Shown here: positions 11,100 through 22,400 of the stretch, piece by piece | Position numbering within the stretch: the stretch's first letter is position 1 | Layout of the letters: each line of letters opens with the position of its first letter | Assembly: GCA_964016885.1 (NCBI GenBank) | Contig: OZ024741.1 | Coordinates: 249,984,001-250,048,000, forward strand | DNA: 64,000 bases | Direction of reading: 5' to 3' | From: Eledone cirrhosa | Taxonomy: Eukaryota | Notes under the pieces: generated by a model | What the model saw: the letters and a program-made list of their open reading frames with translations, nothing else | Told to the model about the DNA's origin: nothing | Database searches by the model: none | Translations under genes and position numbers: made by a program

Positions 11100-14000
11100 G
11101 AAAAAATCAGGGGTAGATAATTTGTAAAAAAAATCAGGGGGAGATAATTTGTAAAAAAAATCAGGGGGAGATAATTTGTAAAAAAAATCAGGGGTAGATA
11201 ATTTTCAGCCGTCCAAGGGGAGATAATTTCCATCCTTCCAAGGGGAGATAATTTCCAGCCGTCCAAGGGGAGATAATTTCCCGCCAGCCAAGGAGAGATA
11301 ACATTTAAAAAAATCAGGCGGAGATAATTTGTAAAAAAAATCAGGGGGAGATAATTTGTAAAAAAATCAGGGGGAGATAATTTGTAAAAAAAAATCAGGG
11401 GTAGATAATTTCCAGCCGTCCAAGGGGAGATAATTTCCATCCTTCCAAGGGGAGATAATTTCCAGCCGTCCAAGGGGAGATAATTTCCCGCCAGCCAAGG
11501 AGACATAATATTTAAAAAAATCAGGCGGAGATAATTTGTAAAAAAAATCAGGGGGAGATAATTTGTAAAAAAATCAGGGGGAGATAATTTGTAAAAAAAA
11601 ATCAGGGGAGATAATTTGTAAAAAAAATCAGGGGGAGATAATTTGTAAAAAAAAATCAGGGGTAGATAATTTGTAAAAAAAAATCAGGGGGAGATAATTT
11701 GTAAAAAAAAAATCAGGGGGAGATAATTTGTAAAAAAATCAAGGGGAGATAATTTCCAGCCGTCCAAGGGGAGATAATTTTCAGCCGTCCAAGGAGGTAA
11801 TTTCTAGCCGTCCAAGGGGAGATAATTTCCAGCCGTCCAAGGGGAGATAATTTTTTTAAAAAAATCAGGCGGAGATAATTTGTAAACAAAAATCAGGGGG
11901 AGATAATTTGTAAAAAAAAATCAGGGGGAGATAATTTGTAAAAAAAAATCAGGGGGAGATAATTTGTAAAAAAAATCAAGGGGAGATAATTTCCAGCCGT
12001 CCAAGGGGAGGTAATATCTAGCCATCCAAGGGGAGATAATTTCCAGCCGTCCAAGGGGAGATAATTTCCAGCCGTCAAAGGGGAGATAATATCCAGCCGT
12101 CCAAGGAGACATATTTTCCAGCCGTCCAAGGAGAGGTAATTTCTAGCCGTCCAAGGGGAGATAAGTTCCAGCCTCCAAGGGGAGATAATTTCCAGCCAGC
12201 CAAGGGGAGATAATTTGTAAAAAAATCAGGGGGAGATAATTTGTAAAAAAAAATCAGGGGGAGATAATTTGTAAAAAAATCAGGGGGAGATAATTTGTAA
12301 AAAAAAAATCAGGGGGAGATAATTTGTAAAAAAAATCAGGGGGAGATAATTTGTAGAAAAAATCAGGGGTAGATAATTTGTAAAAAAAATCAGGGGGAGA
12401 TAATTTGTAAAAAAAATCAGGGGGAGATAATTTGTAAAAAAAATCAGGGGTAGATAATTTTCAGCCGTCCAAGGGGAGATAATTTCCATCCTTCCAAGGG
12501 GAGATAATTTCCAGCCGTCCAAGGGGAGATAATTTCCCGCCAGCCAAGGAGAGATAACATTTAAAAAAATCAGGCGGAGATAATTTGTAAAAAAAATCAG
12601 GGGGAGATAATTTGTAAAAAAATCAGGGGGAGATAATTTGTAAAAAAAATCAGGGGTAGATAATTTCCAGCCGTCCAAGGGGAGATAATTTCCATCCTTC
12701 CAAGGGGAGATAATTTCCAGCCGTCCAAGGGGAGATAATTTCCCGCCAGCCAAGGAGAGATAATATTTAAAAAAATCAGGCGGAGATAATTTGTAAAAAA
12801 AATCAGGGGGAGATAATTTGTAAACAAAAATCAGGGGGAGATAATTTGTAAAAAAAATCAGGCGGAGATAATTTGTAAACAAAAATCAGGGGGAGATAAT
12901 TTGTAAAAAAAAATCAGGGGGAGATAATTTGTAAAAAAAAATCAGGGGGAGATAATTTGTAAAAAAAAATCAAGGGGAGATAATTTCCAGCCGTCCAAGG
13001 GGAGGTAATATCTAGCCATCCAAGGGGAGATAATTTCCAGCCGTCCAAGGGGAGATAATTTCCAGCCGTCCAAGGGGAGATAATATCCAGCCGTCCAAGG
13101 AGACATATTTTCCAGCCGTCCAAGGAGAGGTAATTTCTAGCCGTCCAAGGGGAGATAAGTTCCTGCCTCCAAGGGGAGATAATTTCCAGCCAGCCAAGGG
13201 GAGATAATTTGTAAAAAAATCAGGGGGAGATAATTTGTAAAAAAAAAATCAGGGGGAGATAATTTGTAAAAAAATCAGGGTGAGATAATTTGTAAAAAAA
13301 AAATCAGGGGGAGATAATTTGTAAAAAAAATCAGGGGGAGATAATTTGTAGAAAAAATCAGGGGTAGATAATTTGTAAAAAAAATCAGGGGGAGATAATT
13401 TATAAAAAAAATCAGGGGGAGATAATTTGTAAAAAAAATCAGGGGTAGATAATTTTCAGCCGTCCAAGGGGAGATAATTTCCATCCTTCCAAGGGGAGAT
13501 AATTTCCAGCCGTCCAAGGGGAGATAATTTCCCGCCAGCCAAGGAGAGATAACATTTAAAAAAATCAGGCGGAGATAATTTGTAAAAAAAATCAGGGGGA
13601 GATAATTTGTAAAAAAATCAGGGGGAGATAATTTGTAAAAAAAATCAGGGGTAGATAATTTCCAGCCGTCCAAGGGGAGATAATTTCCATCCTTCCAAGG
13701 GGAGATAATTTCCAGCCGTCCAAGGGGAGGTAATATCTAGCCATCCAAGGGGAGATAATTTCCAGCCGTCCAAGGGGAGATAATTTCCAGCCGTCCAAGG
13801 GGAGATAATATCCAGCCGTCCAAGGAGACATATTTTCCAGCCGTCCAAGGAGACGTAATTTCTAGCCGTCCAAGGGGAGATAAGTTCCAGCCTCCAAGGG
13901 GAGATAATTTCCAGCCAGCCAAGGGGAGATAATTTGTAAAAAAATTAGGGGGAGATAATTTGTAAATAAAAATTAGGGGGAGATAATTTGTAAAAAAAAA

Positions 14001-15225
14001 TCAGGGGGAGATAATTTGTAAAAAAAATCAAGGGGAGATAATTTCCAGCCGTCCAAGGGGAGATAATTTTCAGCCGTCCAAGGAGAGGTAAATTCTAGCC
14101 GTCCAAGGAGATATAATTTCCAGCCGTCCAAGGGGAGATAATTTCCAGCCGTCCAAGGGGAGATAATTTAAAAAAAAAAATCAGGCGGAGATAATTTGTA
14201 AACAAAAATCAGGGGGAGATAATTTTTAAAAAAAAATCAGGGGGAGATAATTTGTAAAAAAAAATCAGGGGGAGATAATTTGTAAAAAAATTCAAGGGGA
14301 GATAATTTCCAGCCGTCCAAGGGGAGGTAATATCTAGCCATCCAAGGGGAGATAATTTCCAGCCGTCCAAGGGGAGATAATTTCCAGCCGTCCAAGGGGA
14401 GATAATATCCAGCCGTCCAAGGAGACATATTTTCCAGCCGTCCAAGGAGAGGTAATTTCTAGCCGTCCAAGGGGAGATAAGTTCCAGCCTCCAAGGGGAG
14501 ATAATTTCCAGCTAGCCAAGGGGAGATAATTTGTAAAAAAATCAGGGGGGAGATAATTTGTAAAAAAAATCAGGGGGAGATAATTTGAAAAAAATATCAA
14601 GGGGAGATAATTTCCAGCCCTCCAAGGGGCTATAATTTCCAGCCGTGCAAGGGGAGATAATTTCCAGCCGTCCAAGGGGAGATAATTTCCATCCTTCCAA
14701 GGGGAGATAATTTCCAGCCGTCCAAGGGGAGATAATTTCCCGCCAGCCAAGGGAAGATAATTTTTTAAAAAATCAGGCGGAGATTGTAAAAAAAATCAGG
14801 GGGAGATAATTTGTAAAAAAATCAGGGGGAGATAATTTGTAAAAAAAAAATCAGGGGGAGATAATTTGTAAAAAAAAATCAGGGGGAGCTAATTTGTAAA
14901 AAAAATCAGGGGGAGATAATTTGTAAAAAAAAATCAGGGGGAGATAATTTGTAAAAAAAAAATCAGGGGGAGATAATTTGTAAAAAAATCAAGGGGAGAT
15001 AATTTCCAGCCGTCCAAGGGGAGATAATTTTCAGCCGTCCAAGGAGGTAATTTCTAGCCGTCCAAGGGGAGATAATTTCCAGCCGTCCAAGGGGAGATAA
15101 TTTTTTTAAAAAAATCAGGCGGAGATAATTTGTAAACAAAAATCAGGGGGAGATAATTTGTAAAAAAAAATCAGGGGGAGATAATTTGTAAAAAAAAATC
15201 AGGGGTAGATAATTTGTAAAAAAAA

Positions 15226-16481
15226 TCAAGGGGAGATAATTTCCAGCCGTCCAAGGGGAGGTAATATCTAGCCATCCAAGGGGAGATAATTTCCAGCCGT
15301 CCAAGGGGAGATAATTTCCAGCCGTCCAAGGGGAGATAATATCCAGCCGTCCAAGGAGACATATTTTCCAGCCGTCCAAGGAGAGGTAATTTCTAGCCGT
15401 CCAAGGGGAGATAAGTTCCAGCCTCCAAGGGGAGATAATTTCCAGCCAGCCAAGGGGAGATAATTTGTAAAAAAATCAGGGGGAGATAATTTGTAAAAAA
15501 AATCAGGGGGAGATAATTTGTAAAAAAATCAGGGGGAGATAATTTCTAAAAAAAAAATCAGGGGGAGATAATTTGTAAAAAAAATCAGGGGGAGATAATT
15601 TGTAGAAAAAATCAGGGGTAGATAATTTGTAAAAAAAATCAGGGGGAGATAATTTGTAAAAAAAATCAGGGGGAGATAATTTGTAAAAAAAATCAGGGGT
15701 AGATAATTTTCAGCCGTCCAAGGGGAGATAATTTCCATCCTTCCAAGGGGAGATAATTTCCAGCCGTCCAAGGGGAGATAATTTCCCGCCAGCCAAGGAG
15801 AGATAACATTTAAAAAAATCAGGCGGAGATAATTTGTAAAAAAAATCAGGGGGAGATAATTTATAAAAAAATCAGGGGGAGATAATTTGTAAAAAAAATC
15901 AGGGGTAGATAATTTCCAGCCGTCCAAGGGGAGATAATTTCCATCCTTCCAAGGGGAGATAATTTCCAGCCGTCCAAGGGGAGATAATTTCCCGCCAGCC
16001 AAGGAGAGATAATATTTAAAAAAATCAGGCGGAGATAATTTGTAAAAAAAATCAGGGGGAGATAATTTGTAAAAAAATCAGGGGGAGATAATTTGTAAAA
16101 AAAAATCAGGGGGAGATAATTTGTAAAAAAAATCAGGGGGAGATAATTTGTAAAAAAAATCAGGGGTAGATAATTTGTAAAAAAAAATCAGGGGGAGATA
16201 ATTTGTAAAAAAAAAATCAGGGGGAGATAATTTGTAAAAAAATCAAGGGGAGATAATTTCCAGCCGTCCAAGGGGAGATAATTTTCAGCCGTCCAAGGAG
16301 AGGTAATTTCTAGCCGTCCAAGGGGAGATAATTTCCAGCCGTCCAAGGGGAGATAATTTTTTTAAAAAAATCAGGCGGAGATAATTTGTAAACAAAAATC
16401 AGGGGGAGATAGTTTGTAAAAAAAAATCAGGGGGAGATAATTTGTTAAAAAAAATCAGGGGGAGATAATTTGTAAAAAAAA
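15226..16481 (+). repeat. Canonical higher-order repeat unit, 48 monomers (A9-B9-A4-B4-A4-B9-A4-B5), 1,256 bp; next copy 16482-17738 (1,257 bp)
   Basis: Monomers were counted by eye. Equivalent ORF-track entries recur at 15143, 16399 and 17656 (spacing 1256 and 1257) and at 4760 and 6018 (1258). Confidence 0.9.
15694..16105 (+). repeat. Internal 206-bp sub-repeat of the HOR (A4 containing CCATCCTT and CCCGCCAG monomers, plus B4), two tandem copies
   Basis: The A4 block ending CCCGCCAGCCAAGGAGAGATAA(C/T)ATTTAAAAAAATCAGGCGG appears twice per HOR. ORF coordinates 4188/4394, 20435/20641 and 24522/24728 differ by exactly 206. Confidence 0.88.
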
Positions 16482-19400
16482 TCAAGGGGAGATAATTTCC
16501 AGCCGTCCAAGGGGAGGTAATATCTAGCCATCCAAGGGGAGATAATTTCCAGCCGTCCAAGGGGAGATAATTTCCAGCCGTCCAAGGGGAGATAATATCC
16601 AGCCGTCCAAGGAGACATATTTTCCAGCCGTCCAAGGAGAGGTAATTTCTAGCCGTCCAAGGGGAGATAAGTTCCTGCCTCCAAGGGGAGATAATTTCCA
16701 GCCAGCCAAGGGGAGATAATTTGTAAAAAAATCAGGGGGAGATAATTTGTAAAAAAAAAATCAGGGGGAGATAATTTGTAAAAAAATCAGGGGGAGATAA
16801 TTTGTAAAAAAAAAATCAGGGGGAGATAATTTGTAAAAAAAATCAGGGGGAGATAATTTGTAGAAAAAATCAGGGGTAGATAATTTGTAAAAAAAATCAG
16901 GGGGAGATAATTTGTAAAAAAAATCAGGGGGAGATAATTTGTAAAAAAAATCAGGGGTAGATAATTTTCAGCCGTCCAAGGGGAGATAATTTCCATCCTT
17001 CCAAGGGGAGATAATTTCCAGCCGTCCAAGGGGAGATAATTTCCCGCCAGCCAAGGAGAGATAACATTTAAAAAAATCAGGCGGAGATAATTTGTAAATA
17101 AAATCAGGGGGAGATAATTTGTAAAAAAATCAGGGGGAGATAATTTGTAAAAAAAATCAGGGGTAGATAATTTCCAGCCGTCCAAGGGGAGATAATTTCC
17201 ATCCTTCCAAGGGGAGATAATTTCCAGCCGTCCAAGGGGAGATAATTTCCCGCCAGCCAAGGAGAGATAATATTTAAAAAAATCAGGCGGAGATAATTTG
17301 TAAAAAAAATCAGGGGGAGATAATTTGTAAAAAAATCAGGGGGAGATAATTTGTAAAAAAAAATCAGGGGTAGGTAATTTGTAAAAAAAATCAGGGGGAG
17401 ATAATTTGTAAAAAAAATCAGGGGTAGATAATTTGTAAAAAAAAATCAGGGGGAGATAATTTGTAAAAAAAAAATCAGGGGGAGATAATTTGTAAAAAAA
17501 TCAAGGTGAGATAATTTCCAGCCGTCCAAGGGGAGATAATTTTCAGCCTTCCAAGGAGAGGTAATTTCTAGCCGTCCAAGGGGAGATAATTTCCAGCCGT
17601 CCAAGGGGAGATAATTTTTTAAAAAAATCAGGCGGAGATAATTTGTAAACAAAAATCAGGGGGAGATAATTTGTAAAAAAAAATCAGGGGGAGATAATTT
17701 GTAAAAAAAAATCAGGGGGAGATAATTTGTAAAAAAAATCAAGGGGAGATAATTTCCAGCCGTCCAAGGGGAGGTAATATCTAGCCATCCAAGGGGAGAT
17801 AATTTCCAGCCGTCCAAGGGGAGATAATTTCCAGCCGTCCAAGGGGAGATAATATCCAGCCGTCCAAGGAGACATATTTTCCAGCCGTCCAAGGATAGGT
17901 AATTTCTAGCCGTCCAAGGGGAGATAAGTTCCAGCCTCCAAGGGGAGATAATTTCCAGCCAGCCAAGGGGAGATAATTTGTAAAAAAATCAGGGGGAGAT
18001 AATTTGTAAAAAAAAAATCAGGGGGAGATAATTTGTAAAAAAATCAGGGGGAGATAATTTGTAAAAAAAAAATCAGGGGGAGATAATTTGTAAAAAAAAT
18101 CAGGGGGAGATAATTTGTAAAAAAAATCAGGGGTAGATAATTTGTAAAAAAAATCAGGGGGAGATAATTTGTAAAAAAAATCAGGAGATAATTTGTAAAA
18201 AAAATCAGGGGTAGATAATTTTCAGCCGTCCAAGGGGAGATAATTTCCATCCTTCCAAGGGGAGATAATTTCCAGCCGTCCAAGGGGAGATAATTTCCCG
18301 CCAGCCAAGGAGAGATAACATTTAAAAAAATCAGGCGGAGATAATTTGTAAAAGAATCAGGGGGAGATAATTTGTAAAAAAAAATCAGGGGGAGATAATT
18401 TGTAAAAAAAAATCAGGGGGTGATAATTTGTAAAAAAAAATCAGGGGGAGATAATTTGTAAAATAATCAAGGGGAGATAATTTCCAGCCGTCCAAGGGGA
18501 GATAATTTTCAGCCGTCCAAGGAGAGGTAATTTCTAGCCGTCCAAGGGGAGATAATTTCCAGCCGTCCAAGGGGAGATAATTTTTAAAAAAAAATCAGGC
18601 GGAGATAATTTGTAAACAAAAATCAGGGGGAGATAATTTGTAAAAAAAAATCAGGGGGAGATAATTTGTAAAAAAAATCAAGGGGAGATAATTTCCAGCC
18701 GTCCAAGGGGAGGTAATATCTAGCCATCCAAGGGGAGATAATTTCCAGCCGTCCAAGGGGAGATAATTTCCAGCCGTCCAAGGGGAGATAATATCCAGCC
18801 GTCCAAGGAGACATATTTTCCAGCCGTCCAAGGAGACGTAATTTCTAGCCGTCCAAGGGGAGATAAGTTCCAGCCTCCAAGGGGAGATAATTTCCAGCCA
18901 GCCAAGGGGAGATAATTTGTAAAAAAATTAGGGGGAGATAATTTGTAAAAAAAAATCAGGGGGAGATAATTTGTAAAAAAAAATCAGGGGGAGATAATTT
19001 GTAAAAAATATCAAGGGGAGATAATTTCCAGCCCTCCAAGGGGCTATAATTTCCAGCCGTGCAAGGGGAGATAATTTCCAGCCGTCCAAGGGGAGATAAT
19101 TTCCATCCTTCCAAGGGGAGATAATTTCCAGCCGTCCAAGGGGAGATAATTTCCCGCCAGCCAAGGGAAGATAATTTTTTAAAAAATCAGGCGGAGATTG
19201 TAAAAAAAATCAGGGGGAGATAATTTGTAAAAAAATCAGGGGGAGATAATTTGTAAAAAAAAAATCAGGGGGAGATAATTTGTAAAAAAAAATCAGGGGG
19301 AGATAATTTGTAAAAAAAATCAGGGGGAGATAATTTGTAAAAAAAATCAGGGGTAGATAATTTGTAAAAAAAATCAGGGGGAGATAATTTGTAAAAAAAA

Positions 19401-22400
19401 TCAGGGGGAGATAATTTGTAAAAAAAATCAGGGGTAGATAATTTTCAGCCGTCCAAGGGGAGATAATTTCCATCCTTCCAAGGGGAGATAATTTCCAGCC
19501 GTCCAAGGGGAGATAATTTCCCGCCAGCCAAGGAGAGATAATATTTAAAAAAATCAGGCGGAGATAATTTGTAAAAAAAATCAGGGGGAGATAATTTGTA
19601 AAAAAATCAGGGGGAGATAATTTGTAAAAAAAAATCAGGGGGAGATAATTTGTAAAAAAAAATCAGGGGGAGATAATTTGTAAAAAAAAATCAGGGGTAG
19701 ATAATTTGTAAAAAAAAATCAGGGTGAGATAATTTGTAAAAGAAAAATCAGGGGGAGATAATTTGTAAAAAAATCAAGGGGAGATAATTTCCAGCCGTCC
19801 AAGGGGAGATAATTTTCAGCCGTCCAAGGAGAGGTAATTTCTAGCCGTCCAAGGGGAGATAATTTCCAGCCGTCCAAGGGGAGATAATTTTTTTTAAAAA
19901 ATCAGGCGGAGATAATTTGTAAACAAAAATCAGGGGGAGATAATTTGTAAAAAAAAATCAGGGGGAGATAATTTGTAAAAAAAAATCAGGGGGAGATAAT
20001 TTGTAAAAAAAATCAAGGGGAGATAATTTGTCAAAAAAAATCAGGGGTAGATAATTTGTAAAAAAAAATCAGGGGGAGATAATTTGTAAAAAAAAAATCA
20101 GGGGGAGATAATTTGTAAAAAAATCAAGGGGAGATAATTTCCAGCCGTCCAAGGGGAGATAATTTTCAGCCGTCCAAGGAGAGGTAATTTCTAGCCGTCC
20201 AAGGGGAGATAATTTCCAGCCAGCCAAGGGGAGATAATTTGTAAAAAAATCAGGGGTAGATAATTTGTAAAAAAAAATCAGGGGGAGATAATTTGTAAAA
20301 AAAATCAGGGGGAGATAATTTGTAAAAAAAATCAGGGGTAGATAATTTCCAGCCGTCCAAGGGGAGATAATTTCCATCCTTCCAAGGGGAGATAATTTCC
20401 AGCCGTCCAAGGGGAGATAATTTCCCGCCAGCCAAGGAGAGATAACATTTGAAAAAATCAGGCGGAGATAATTTGTAAAAAAAATCAGGGGGAGATAATT
20501 TGTAAAAAAATCAGGGGGAGATAATTTGTAAAAAAAATCAGGGGTAGATAATTTCCAGCCGTCCAAGGGGAGATAATTTCCATCCTTCCAAGGGGAGATA
20601 ATTTCCAGCCGTCCAAGGGGAGATAATTTCCCGCCAGCCAAGGAGAGATAATATTTAAAAAAATCAGGCGGAGATAATTTGTAAAAAAAATCAGGGGGAG
20701 ATAATTTGTAAAAAAATCAGGGGGAGATAATTTGTGAAAAAAAATCAGGGGAGATAATTTGTAAAAAAAATCAGGGGGAGATAATTTGTAAAAAAAAATC
20801 AGGGGTAGATAATTTGTAAAAAAAAATCAGGGGGAGATAATTTGTAAAAAAAAAATCAGGGGGAGATAATTTGTAAAAAAATCAAGGGCAGATAATTTCC
20901 AGCCGTCCAAGGGGAGATAATTTTCAGCCGTCCAAGGAGGTAATTTCTAGCCGTCCAAGGGGAGATAATTTCCAGCCGTCCAAGGGGAGATAATTTTTTT
21001 AAAAAAATCAGGCGGAGATAATTTGTAAACAAAAATCAGGGGGAGATAATTTGTAAAAAAAAATCAGGGGGAGATAATTTGTAAAAAAAAATCAGGGGGA
21101 GATAATTTGTAAAAAAAAATCAAGGGGAGATAATTTCCAGCCGTCCAAGGGGAGGTAATATCTAGCCATCCAAGGGGAGATAATTTCCAGCCGTCCAAGG
21201 GGAGATAATTTCCAGCCGTCCAAGGGGAGATAATATCCAGCCGTCCAAGGAGACATATTTTCCAGCCGTCCAAGGAGAGGTAATTTCTAGCCGTCCAAGG
21301 GGAGATAAGTTCCAGCCTCCAAGGGGAGATAATTTCCAGCCAGCCAAGGGGAGATAATTTGTAAAAAAATCAGGGGGAGATAATTTGTAAAAAAAAAATC
21401 AGGGGCAGATAATTTGTAAAAAAATCAGGGGGAGATAATTTGTAAAAAAAATCAGGGGGAGATAATTTGTAGAAAAAATCAGGGGTAGATAATTTTCAGC
21501 CGTCCAAGGGGAGATAATTTCCATCCTTCCAAGGGGAGATAATTTCCAGCCGTCCAAGGGGAGATAATTTCCCGCCAGCCAAGGAGAGATAACATTTAAA
21601 AAAATCAGGCGGAGATAATTTGTAAAAAAAATCAGGGGGAGATAATTTGTAAAAAAATCAGGGGGAGATAATTTGTAAAAAAAATCAGGGGTAGATAATT
21701 TCCAGCCGTCCAAGGGGAGATAATTTCCATCCTTCCAAGGGGAGATAATTTCCAGCCGTCCAAGGGGAGATAATTTCCCGCCAGCCAAGGAGAGATAATA
21801 TTTAAAAAAATCAGGCGGAGATAATTTGTAAAAAAAATCAGGTGGAGATAATTTGTAAAAAAATCAGGGGGAGATAATTTGTAAAAAAAAATCAGGGGGA
21901 GATAATTTGTAAAAAAAATCAGGGGGAGATAATTTGTAAAAAAAATCAGGGGTAGATAATTTGTAAAAAAAAATCAGGGGGAGATAATTTGTAAAAAAAA
22001 ATCAGGGGGAGATAATTTGTAAAAAAATCAAGGGGAGATAATTTCCAGCCGTCCAAGGGGAGATAATTTTCAGCCGTCCAAGGAGAGGTAATTTCTAGCC
22101 GTCCAAGGGGAGATAATTTCCAGCCGTCCAAGGGGAGATAATTTTTTTAAAAAAATCAGGCGGAGATAATTTGTAAACAAAAATCAGGGGGAGATAATTT
22201 GTAAAAAAAAATCAGGGGGAGATAATTTGTAAAAAAAAATCAGGGGGAGATAATTTGTAAAAAAAATCAAGGGGAGATAATTTCCAGCCGTCCAAGGGGA
22301 GGTAATATCTAGCCATCCAAGGGGAGATAATTTCCAGCCGTCCAAGGGGAGATATTTTCCAGCCGTCCAAGGAGAGGTAATTTCTAGCCGTCCAAGGGGA

